NCBI GenBank assembly: GCA_053919585.1
Contig: CM132792.1
Length of the DNA stretch: 64,000 nucleotides
Reading direction: 5' to 3' (one strand)
Source: Euprymna scolopes
Taxonomy: Eukaryota
The position numbers and the translations under genes are program-made. This document shows positions 11,580 through 21,983 of the stretch, piece by piece; the stretch's first letter is position 1, and the number at the start of each line of letters is the position of its first letter. A model generated the notes under the pieces. It was not told where the DNA came from, searched no databases, and saw only the letters and a program-made list of their open reading frames with translations.

Positions 11580-13537
11580 GGCGCTTATGTCAACGGATCA
11601 TCAAATCTAAGAGAGATAGCCATCATAAAAATAGCAAAAATAAGCATATTTTGCAAGATATAATTTGGGACGCTAAAATAATCAGTAGAACAATGAAAGA
11701 ATGTTAAACAAAAAAAAAATTGATTACACACAAAAAAAAAATTGATTACACACACAAAAAAAAATTGATTACACACAAAAAAAAATTGATTACACACAAA
11801 AAAAATTGATTACACACACAAAAAAATTGATTACACACAAAAAAAAATTGATTACACACACACAAAAATTGATTACACACACAAAAAAAAATTGATTACA
11901 CACACAAAAAAAATTGATTACACACAAAAAAAAATTGATTACACACAAAAAAAAATTGATTACACACACAAAAAAAATTGATTACACACACAAAAAAATT
12001 GATTACACACAAAAAAAAATTGATTACACACAAAAAAAATTGATTACACACACAAAAAAAATTGATTACACACACAAAAAAAATTGATTACACACACAAA
12101 AAAAATTGATTACACACACAAAAAAATTGATTACACACACAAAAAAAATTGATTACACACACAAAAAAAATTGATTACACACACACACAAAAAAATTGAT
12201 TACACACAAAAAAAATTGATTACACACACAAAAAAAATTGATTACACACAAAAAAAAATTGATTACACACACAAAAAAAATTGATTACACACACAAAAAA
12301 AATTGATTACACACACAAAAAAAATTGATTACACACACAAAAAAAATTGATTACACACACAGAAAAAATTGATTACACACACAAAAAAAAATTGATTACA
12401 CACAAAAAAAATTGATTACACACAAAAAAAAATTGATTACACACACAAAAAAAATTGATTACACACACAAAAAAAATTGATTACACACACAAAAAAAAAT
12501 TGATTACACACAAAAAAAAATGATTACACACACAAAAAAAAATTGATTACACACACAAAAAAAAAATGATTACACACACAAAAAAAAAATTGATTACACA
12601 CACAAAAAAAATTGATTACACACAAAAAAAAATTGATTACACACAAAAAAAATTGATTACACACAAAAAAAAAAAATGATTACACACACAAAAAAAATGA
12701 TTACACACACACACAAAAAAATGTTTTTCCTTATTTTAGGTAATTAGTCAGCGTCAGGATGATTAAAACTTTTTTGAAGGAGATTTTGAAGTATTTGAAC
12801 CATCAATGATTAAAGTTTAATTTAACTTTTTTTTTCATTTTTTAAAAAATTTTTTTTTACTATTCTGTAGTTTCATTTTGCAAGGTATAATTTGGGCCGC
12901 ATAATAATTAACGTACACAAAACAAAGAAAATAGAAAACTATTTAAAACCGTCAATGTAAATTTTTTTTTTTTTTAACGAAAATAAAAAATTAAAAAATA
13001 AAAAATTTGTTTTTCTCTATTTTAGGTAATCAGTCATTTCTGTCTTTGATTAGGAAAAATAACAACGTTCAAAGATTCTGCACAAGATAAAGTGTTCGGG
13101 TTTTTTTTTGGTTTTTTTTTTTTGGTTCTCTTAAATAAGGGAAGCATTTTTCTTTGACTAATTGGAAAACAACTTCTTGGTTGATTAACAAGTTTATTTA
13201 ATTTTTGTTGTTGATTAATTAATTTCATTGTAACAGGTTGTTTACTTTTGTTTTGTGTAATACGTTAATTAATAAGTTTATTTTGTTACTTAACATGGTT
13301 ATATTTTTAAGTTCGTTGATTAACTTCGCTAACTTATTTCCTTTTTGTAAATTGCTTCAACAATTTCCGGAACTCGGCTATAGTAATCTTCTTTCTTTTT
13401 TTTTTTTTTTTTTTCATTTTAGCATTCTGCCATTGTTCTAATGTTCTACTGAATTATATCTTGTAAAATATGCTTATTTTTACTATGTTTATGCTGATTA
13501 TCTCCCTTAGATTTAATGATCCGTTGACATAAGCGCC
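11580..13537. mobile_element. Merlin-like non-autonomous DNA transposon (1958 bp) with ~120-bp TIRs and 8-bp TSD
   Basis: Left end ggcgcttatgtcaacggatcatcaaatctaag, right end cttagatttaatgatccgttgacataagcgcc. TSD ttgaattt at 11572-11579 and 13538-13545. GG...CC termini with an 8-bp TSD fit Merlin. Empty site in units (~26725). Confidence 0.85.
11708..12722. repeat. Minisatellite, ~20-23 bp unit A(7-10)TTGATT(AC)3-5, roughly 45-50 copies
   Basis: Directly visible; lies inside the Merlin-like element. Confidence 0.98.
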
Positions 13538-13597
13538 TTGAATTTTTATGGCGATGAATTACTTCCCTTTAACCGTCTCTTTTAAGTTATTTTAAAC

Positions 13598-13782
13598 NNN
13601 NNNNNNNNNNNNNNNNNNNNNNNNNNNNNNNNNNNNNNNNNNNNNNNNNNNNNNNNNNNNNNNNNNNNNNNNNNNNNNNNNNNNNNNNNNNNNNNNNNNN
13701 NNNNNNNNNNNNNNNNNNNNNNNNNNNNNNNNNNNNNNNNNNNNNNNNNNNNNNNNNNNNNNNNNNNNNNNNNNNNNNNNNN
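13598..13782. other. Assembly gap (N run); others at 21585-21714 and 54227-54368
   Basis: Runs of N. The latter two coincide with (TA)n tracts seen in sister units. Confidence 1.
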
Positions 13783-15129
13783 ATATTTTCAGCCTTAAGT
13801 ACTGACATAAAGTATATGCTACCTAAATTTACCGAAGAAAAAAAAACCCTGAATTTTTTCTCACTTGAACATGATGTATATATCGGCAAAAATATCGGTT
13901 AAATCAAATATTAATAATAAATAATATTACCAAATATTCAAGGTGTTCACACCTAATCGGTTCAGAAATCTTAAACTCGCATAAGGTCTGAAAATGGAAT
14001 CAGCTGAGTTAGGGTGAGGGTACATCAACAAATTTACCGAATATGTAATACATGTTTTAAATAAAATTTTAAATCTTTTAATCTTAGCTTAATATGCCAA
14101 AATGTCAAGAAAGTATTGATCGATCGATGCCTCCGTTCAGTCTCAAGAGACAATGGTCACCCCTCTGCGCATGGAATTGCGAGGCAAGTGTTACGGCTGT
14201 TACGCTATCTTCAATCACACCTCTCCTGGATCGACACTGCTTGGATCCAGTAGCGAGGAAAGGCTCAAGAGTAACTTGAAACAAAGTCACGATAAGCAGA
14301 GGAGAGCACACACAGCATATGAAAATGCTAAATGGTCAATCCACTATCATGAAATGGATTTTTATCAAAATTGGTATAAGGATTCTAGACGTAAATGTTG
14401 AGTTGCATTATATATCATCATTTTAATTTTCGTAAGGGGCCATACATAACTTGACTTCACAGGATAAAAACAGAGCCGATTCAAGACAGAAGATCGGGTA
14501 AACACACTGGCTCAATATCACTTCAGAGAGATTTTTATAAACAAAATTGGATTATCTTAAAACTTTACTCCAATTTCAAAGTCAAATATTTTGGATGAAA
14601 AAAGTCACGTTTAAAACATTTTCAATCCACGTAACGTAAAAACCATTCCACGAGCTGACGCCATGCTAAATAAATTGAATAATAATTTAAAAAAAAAGAA
14701 AAAGAAAAAAAAAGCGTTATAATTCAATTCTGGTTTGTTTGAGCTTACATTCAAATGTATACAGACGTGTGGAATGAAATACAAACCTGACGATTGGATC
14801 AACTGTGAAACTGCAGCAAAGCTAAGAATTTAGTCTTTAAAAATATTTTAGCAAATAATTAATTTAAAATCAACTATATATTCTGTTTATGTTCTCGGCC
14901 AAAGAAGGAAATATTCTTCTAGATTAAGAAATTTAGTCCCTTTTTCTAAGCTGAATTTTTCCCTACAATAAAACACATTCCATGTTTAACTGCTTTGATC
15001 GCAAGGCAAGTATATACTATTATGCAGGCATTTGATTTTTCGACGGACTTTGTTTAATATGTATTGATTGTAAATTTTGGAAATAAGTTATATTTTTTGA
15101 TTAATCATTCGTTTTTTTTTTTTAAAGCT

Positions 15130-15550
15130 TTCTTTCCCATTTTTCTTTTTAATTTCTGTGTCTCTCTTTATCACCCCCTCTCTCTTTCTCATATTCCTAA
15201 CTCTAGCTTCTCTTCTCTTCTCCCTCTCTTGCTTTCTGTTCCTTTTTCCTCTTTCTCTTTTTTCGGCTTACGCTATTCGTTTTAACTACATTATCTCCAA
15301 TTCCTTCATCCTCCTCTTCCTCACAACTCTCCTTCTCCTCCTCCTCCTCCTTGTCTCTCTCTGTTCCTTTTTTCTATTTTTATTTTCTCCTCTTCCTCAT
15401 TCTCATATCATAAAAACCTGTTTCCTCTTCTCAATTTTCTCCTTTCTCCCCCTCCTCCTACTTTCTCTCTTCACTTCACTTTCGCTCTCTTGACCACTCT
15501 CTTTGTTAATCATTTACGGCATTCGCTTCCTCCCACTACTTCTCTTATCA
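15130..15550 (+). repeat. Polypyrimidine (CT-rich) tract upstream of the HMG gene (also ~28110-29090, 41600-42580, 55990-56410)
   Basis: Strongly C/T-biased low-complexity tract ending ~190 bp before each ATG. Confidence 0.9.
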
Positions 15551-15739
15551 TTAGCTGTTTTTATTCGAGACGCCAAGTCATTTTCTGTTTGAGACGCTAC
15601 TCAAAAGATACACGCTACCATAACAAGTAAACAAGATCCACAGTGATTAACTTTTATTTTAATTAATAAGTGAGAAACGACCTTTTTTGGGGCTATTCTT
15701 TCGCAAAAAAGTTAAACAAAAAAAAAAAATTATTTCAAA

Positions 15740-16981
15740 ATGGACGCTCCAAAGATCCAGAAAAATAAAGATGAGGTTAGAAAAAAGAAAGATGTTAAAG
15801 TGAACGCTTCTTCACGCGTCCAGAAAAAAAATGGTCGTGTTAAAAAGCCCCTGAATGCTTATTTCGTCTGGTGCAAACAGTTCAGAAAACAAATACGTGA
15901 ACAAAATCCGACCATCACCATTATTGAAGCCAATGCCCTTCTCGGGAAAATATGGAGTGAAATGTCAGCGGAACAGAAAAAACCTTACTTCAAAGAGGCA
16001 GAACTTATCAAGAAACAACACCAATTAGATTATCCCGATTTCGAGTTTAAGTCGAAACCACGTGTTAAAAACCCCAACAGGTTCCATGCCTACCCCTATC
16101 AACAACATGTGGTGTATTACATACAAACGCTGCCAAGCAAAGATAGAATGCCTCAGGAATATTTTCATGAATCCACTTTCTTTGAGGTAACAAACAAAGC
16201 GGTAACTCAAGAAAATTCTCCTCACGTGGTCGGTACAGATGAAAGCATCAGATCCACGTTTTCTGAAATGCCATCCGAGACACGCGAGAATCTTTCCAAC
16301 AAGAACAGCGTATGTGTTCCGCTGCCAGAGACCGAACTCGACAAGGAGTCACGGGCATTCAGTAATGAACACCTATACAAAAGGCAGTCGAAATACAATC
16401 CCGTAATCATGACGGCTGGCCAAGACAACGATAGAGAGGTGATGGAATTTTCGTCTACTCACTCCAAATCCGAGAGCATTTCTGAAACGCTTCCTCACGC
16501 ACCTGAGCAAAACGGGGTTTATTTTCATCCTGAATGTTACGGTCATGAATGCAATAATAGTAAGTCACAAAATTTTACAGCTTTAACTTACTCGCAAGCT
16601 AAAAATAAACTAATAGAAAAGTTTCAATTCTTAGACGAGAATTCGCCTATAAATACACCAATATGCAACGCAAATATTTTTCTTGGTGTTGAGAACGATA
16701 AAAATACGACGTTTTCTGAAGAAACTCTTGAAGAAGCCCAACATCTCACTTTTGTTGAAGATTATATTATCAATGCAACACCAAATACCGAGGAACATAT
16801 CAACCAATGCACCGAAATGTTCCCCAACACGAAATCTGATATTTTGAACGATGACGATTTCGAATCCCTTAATTGTCTGGAAGATTTGGTCTCGACTTTC
16901 TGCTTAGGTGAAGATTTCCCATCTACAATGTTTTGGAACGAAGAAGGTATTAATTTGGAAGACTTTGCAGAACTGTTGTGA
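15740..16981 (+). CDS. Divergent Sox-type (SoxH/SOX30-like) HMG-box transcription factor, copy 1 (413 aa, single ORF)
   Basis: HMG box at aa ~31-108 (NGRVKKPLNAYFVW...LGKIWSEMSAEQKKPYFKEAELIKKQHQLDYPDF), basic N-terminus, acidic C-terminus (…EEGINLEDFAELL*), caaaATG start context, uninterrupted 1242-bp ORF in AT-rich DNA. Confidence 0.92.
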   Translation: MDAPKIQKNKDEVRKKKDVKVNASSRVQKKNGRVKKPLNAYFVWCKQFRKQIREQNPTITIIEANALLGKIWSEMSAEQKKPYFKEAELIKKQHQLDYPDFEFKSKPRVKNPNRFHAYPYQQHVVYYIQTLPSKDRMPQEYFHESTFFEVTNKAVTQENSPHVVGTDESIRSTFSEMPSETRENLSNKNSVCVPLPETELDKESRAFSNEHLYKRQSKYNPVIMTAGQDNDREVMEFSSTHSKSESISETLPHAPEQNGVYFHPECYGHECNNSKSQNFTALTYSQAKNKLIEKFQFLDENSPINTPICNANIFLGVENDKNTTFSEETLEEAQHLTFVEDYIINATPNTEEHINQCTEMFPNTKSDILNDDDFESLNCLEDLVSTFCLGEDFPSTMFWNEEGINLEDFAELL

Positions 16982-17572
16982 TTTTGTATATCGATTGATA
17001 ATGCAATCGATTAATTTGATCACATGATCGATGTTATCGTTTGATATCATGTGTATATATTTTCTATTGTTCAATTTGTTTAATGTTATTTATTGATTTT
17101 AATTTTTTTCATTAGTGATTTTAAAAAAGTATGACTGTCAGGAATCTCGGATAACGAAAGATAAACAGCTAAGCAAGCATACATCATATGCAAAAATTTT
17201 ACCAACGATCAAACATCATTTTTAGAGTATTGATTTATTTAACGAGCAGTTTTAACAAGTTTGTTGTTACAATAATAATAAACATAATCGGATGTGTGTG
17301 TGTGTGTTAATTTAAAACGAAACGAAACCAACGACTATACATTAAACGTACAGAAACAGTAGATACATACGAAAGAAACACTTTATAAATTAGTTTCTCG
17401 TTATTTTGTTTATTAATTATTGAATTTCTTTTTTTAATAATTCTGTAAAATAAATTTTATTTCAATAAAATGTTTCATGTAACGTTAAATTTGTTTGTTT
17501 ATTTATTGCAAAATGTAAGTTTCATCCGACAAGGCCGGATTAAGCTTACAGAGAGACATTTTTTTGTTTTCT

Positions 17573-18052
17573 GTCCTCGATGTTTTCACATGCGACAAAT
17601 GTAAAATTTCCTGTGATTTTGAACTTTCTTGATTGAAGCAATTTCGTTCCGGTTCATTTAACTTTTCCATTTTTTTCGTTTCAACAATGTTAAATTATTT
17701 TTATTCTTGATTATTAACTTTTTCGGAACACTTATCTATGGGCAGTTTTTATCCAACTTCAATTTTATTTATATACACATTTTCTTATCACTTGAAATTT
17801 GGTGCATGTTGCCAGTGTGAGTGAGAAATGTTCAAACATTGCGCTCTACGATATAAGCACAAATTTTATAACCTAATTCTAAACTTACCCTGTACCTAAC
17901 TCTAAATTGCAGTCGTGGTTAGTGGTAAAAAATTGTTAACTACCCCAAAATGCAAGAATGGCATTTACATTGAATTCAGACTAAAATGACTCCAGTCAAG
18001 AAAGTTCAAAACGGTCAGATTCATTATGTAGCCTGAATCAAAATAAGAGGTC
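17573..18052. mobile_element. Old MITE-like element with ~100-bp degenerate inverted ends (present in every unit)
   Basis: ttttgaactttcttgattgaag (~17617) is the inverse of ctccagtcaagaaagttcaaaa (~17990); similarity extends outward to gtcctc / gaggtc. Confidence 0.55.
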
Positions 18053-18162
18053 ATTTAAGGAGACTGTGATATTTTGGTCACAGCTCGTTAAATAAGTCGC
18101 TTTGATAAATAGAGATAAAAGATACCTTTGTAAACAGTACAATCCCCACGGTGGTCCCTAAG

Positions 18163-18241
18163 TACTGGGTGGGACAGAGCATCTTCTTATTTAAATAATT
18201 TAAGTCATTTAAATAAGCAAGTTGCTCTGCCTCACCCTGTA
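18163..18241. mobile_element. ~80-bp palindromic Tc1/mariner-type MITE (also 31703-31781, ~45727-45805, 59016-59094)
   Basis: ta-ctgggtgggacagagca.cttcttatttaaat...atttaaataagcaagttgctctgcctcaccctg-ta: TA-flanked CAGGGTG-type TIRs making up the whole element. Confidence 0.7.
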
Positions 18242-18389
18242 TAATGTTAACCAAGGTAAACATCAAAACAACCAATGTCATTCATTGTTGGATCAAAATT
18301 TGTTATATATATATAACGTAATAATCAGTAATAAATATATAATTTCTCATATTTAATATTGATAATTATGTTTATATAGGAAAAGGCTG

Positions 18390-19740
18390 TAAGCACCGCC
18401 AAAACTGTGGGGGCAGGTAAGTACTTTTTGACGGACCGTCTTTTTAAAAATCTACCAAAAATCAGATAATTATCCGATCAATACGAAATTTTCAGCGATT
18501 ATTAGGAGAAGAATGAACTTTATAACAGTGTACTTATTTTTCATAAACGATATTTATATATATTTTTTTTTTTGCTTACAAACCCCCCCTTGTTTTGAAG
18601 TGGTACAAATATGCTTAAAATAATCATCTGAAACTGAACACAACATATTGTGTTGTTGTAAGGGACAGAATTATAGATTAAAAAAAATAAATAAATGAAT
18701 TGTTTGCATACCTTATTTGGACGTTTGAATATCAGAACTTCGATTGTGTTTAATTATCCCGCTTTTGAGTTTTAAGTGTGAAATTCGGTGAATATGTTAA
18801 GTAAAATAATTAATTTAAGTTAAGCAAAACAAAAAAATTTTTTTTTTAATATTTATACGAAAAAAGCCATTTTAAAATTTTTGATAAATAAATTAACAAT
18901 TTTTTTTAGCGAGCCGAATAATGCATGACCATTATTAAACAGGGCATGCTTTGAATAATCGATACAAAAAAAAAAAAAATTCGATAAATATTGTGCCCTT
19001 TGTGTTAAAAATAGCATCATTTTTTTCGATCCCGTTTGAAAACGTTTGCCGCCTTTCGACTACGGTGCACCAAACGCGCTGAAATAATTTTTTTTTTATT
19101 CTGCTTTAAATTGCCCCTCCCCCCATTTTGGGGAGCCTGACCCCCACACACATACACATTAAAAACCAAACTCATACAAATGGTCACCCATCTGGTACTG
19201 GCCAGCCTCAGCTTAATAATACATTGAAATTTTCGTCACTGAAAAATAAGTTTTTTTGGCCTGTTTGGTCTTCCATAGTTTTCTTCTTATCAAACGCAAA
19301 CGTAAACAGAGTCGATCTAGACTCTAGATCGACGCGAAATATCTGGTTACCTATATGAATAAGTGGCATTATTTGAAATTTAGGTACTTATATTATAATA
19401 TTTTTGCATATTCTCTTAGAAAATCATCCTAAATCTTAGTTAGACAATAAATAAATAAATGAATTATTTCAAAAACCTTTTTTTTTTTAAATATTTATGT
19501 ACGTTTTTTGTGCAAGACAAAAAATGTCAATTGTAAACTTTTTGGGAAATTTTAACATTTAAAATTTAATTAAAAATAGTAGAAAAAGTTTTACATTATT
19601 CTGTTTTCTATATGATAAAATTCAGGGTTTTATCTTTCTGGAAAAAAAAAGTTACTCAGAAATAATGGAGTTTAATAAATGTAATTTCGTTTTAAAAAAC
19701 AACAACAACTTGATTTTGCGGCCATTTTTGGCGGTGCCTA
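18390..19740. mobile_element. Non-autonomous TIR DNA element (1351 bp), unit 1 copy
   Basis: TIRs ta(a/g)gcaccgccaaaa / ttttggcggtgccta flanked by ggctg / ggcta. Absent from unit 3 (empty site aggaaaaagctaatg at ~45942-45956). Confidence 0.8.
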
Positions 19741-19812
19741 GGCTAATGTATTAAAGGCTAAATAAAATATTTACTTGGAAATGGTTGATGGATAAAAAAA
19801 TAGATTTTAGAA

Positions 19813-21440
19813 GGAGCAAAGACAGAGGTACGTCCAGTGCTGGACTACTATGAATTAAATGGCTCCATGGAAGCGTTCACTGCCAACGTAGAAGTGTGCG
19901 CACAAACGCTAAGACAATGATGGTGATGAGGAGCGGATGTGTCACTTCTGAATTTTTGAAAGGCTTTTGTCTCTGTTGCGTCTGCACTAACATTTTTTGG
20001 ACTTCAGTTTAGTATGCAAGGATCCGGTGTGACTAAAAGATGGAGCAGGAGTTTCTGGGCTTGCAGGTCTGGAAAAAAAACAACATCCTCCAACGGAAAC
20101 AAGGAAATCAGATTCCGGAAATCCCCGGTGTGCTGACATGTCGGTGTGTGTTTTCCCTGTGTGGGAAACTTGTTTGTCATTTTTCTGTGTGTGGATGGTC
20201 ACAGTCAAGCGCCTGATGACTGCAGCAACCAAGGGATGGGAGGATGACATCAAACACCCCGATTTCTGTCACATATTATTGGAGATGCTGAGCAGGGTAC
20301 AAGAGCAGGACCCTGTTAAAGGAGACTGGAGCAGGAGCAGCAGCAAGATTACAGTCTGGCTAGATGTGAGTTCCATAGCTACAGGAATGGCATAGAAGGC
20401 AAGCGGTAATGTCATCGAAGTACAACGTTGGCTGTGTCTGACCAATGATTCTAGGCATATAAATTTAGCTGAGCTTGACGTGATGCTCAGAGTGGGAGGG
20501 GCAACTGAGCCCTCGAATTGGTCAATCATTTGGTGTGTATGCAACGGTGGATTTCTGACACCCTGTCCAGGAAGGCATGGGTAAATACAAAGGCTGCTTG
20601 TGAGATGCTGGTTAGGCAACACTTATGAACCATGCAATCTAGTGAAAGAGTATGAATTGACCATGGTTGAATTGACCATGGATGTGATGGATGTAAGAAG
20701 ACCTTTTCACCAGATTACTGCTAAAGGAAGGAGGATCCGTGTTTGAAAGATGTTCACTAGTGGAAGGAGGACTACACCAAGACCATGTAGTCAATCTTCA
20801 TTATCAAAGCGGACATCCGGGTGTGAATGAACTCTGTACTTTGTCAGTTTAATTGACCCACAAGTGTCCAACGAGAATATGAAATCTGTTGTAAAAGCCT
20901 GTGAAATCTGTCAGCTAATCGATCTGGCACCTGATCGCTGAATAACATGGAAAGTAAATGCGAAAAGCAAAACTGAAGCAGACTGGCAGTGGATATAACT
21001 AACTACAACAGCAAAACTTTTTTGACGCTTGCGGTCCATCTAGGTTTGCATCTTACAATAAGAAAGTGTCTTCCTTGAACGAGGCTCACTAATGAAGATA
21101 CTAATTGACAATTGCATTGCATTTGCTAGTGAGGAGTTCACGAGATTTGTGGATAGTTGGATTGTGCATCTGTAGTTTTGACGTGCCTGTTCGGTGAGTG
21201 GGCACAGGATCATCGAACAAAACAACCGGCAAGACTGCTGGTATAACTTCACCCAAACGATTACGTTTCACTTTCCACAGCACCAGCCAATGCATTGCAC
21301 AGGTACCATGTAAGGAATTGTTTGGGTTAAAAACTTGCATGGCAGGTGTATGACAAGATATGTCATACACCTACAGATATATATGCATCACTGAGATATT
21401 CAGCTTGTGATTAGTGTGGGTTGTTGGTGTGCTCCGTCAC
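19813..21440 (+). mobile_element. Gypsy pol relic (RT start / RNase H / integrase pieces), unit 1; homologues ~33050-35190, 46600-48600, 61340-62380
   Basis: LIPLMAVVQEQRQKVRPVLDYYELN (RT N-terminus, unit 4 ORF), WLDVSSIATG..INLAELD (RNase H), GHPGV...CEICQ (integrase Zn finger); riddled with stops. Confidence 0.75.
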
Positions 21441-21945
21441 TTTAAAGTTTTATGACCAGCGATGCAATTGCAATCATCATTTGATGATAAAAACGAATCA
21501 GATTCTGAGACAGTGAGCTATCACTTTGGTTTAAGCCAGCTCCATCAGTCAGTGATTTAGATATTAGCAGCCTCCTGGGACAGTNNNNNNNNNNNNNNNN
21601 NNNNNNNNNNNNNNNNNNNNNNNNNNNNNNNNNNNNNNNNNNNNNNNNNNNNNNNNNNNNNNNNNNNNNNNNNNNNNNNNNNNNNNNNNNNNNNNNNNNN
21701 NNNNNNNNNNNNNNGCCAGAAGACTAGACACAAGATCAGTTGTGTTTTTGAGAAGTGCACTAGGATAAGCGTACTCTGGCCTACAAAAAGTGAATGAGTT
21801 GCCCCATTGCTTAGCAATAGAGTAAGCCTTTCTCAAAGAGATGTAAAGCCTGAGAGATTAAACTTTCTAAGACTAAACAGAGCCAGACCTCAGTAAGACA
21901 ACAACAAGACTATTGTAACACTGATTTATATCTTAAATCTATTAT

Positions 21946-21983
<38 letters not shown>

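Noticed and set aside
11708-12722. Regular short repeats that could be mistaken for a CRISPR array
   Set aside because: No unique spacers (only A-run and AC-run length variation), no cas genes, eukaryotic context.
15064-15493. Hydrophobic membrane-protein-like ORFs (also 55975-56271)
   Set aside because: Translation artefacts of the CT-rich tract; frames are not conserved between units.
16025-16428. Antisense 66- and 68-aa ORFs conserved in all four copies
   Set aside because: Conservation follows from overlap with near-identical coding sequence; no independent support.
15740-16981. Assigning a gene symbol (Sox30/SoxH, Sry or TCF)
   Set aside because: The box lacks the RPMNAF signature and similarity was judged from memory; orthology needs a phylogeny.
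17865-17945. Telomere-like taacc/ggtta motifs (also ctaaccct at position 1)
   Set aside because: Only a few degenerate units inside repeat relics; not a telomeric tract.
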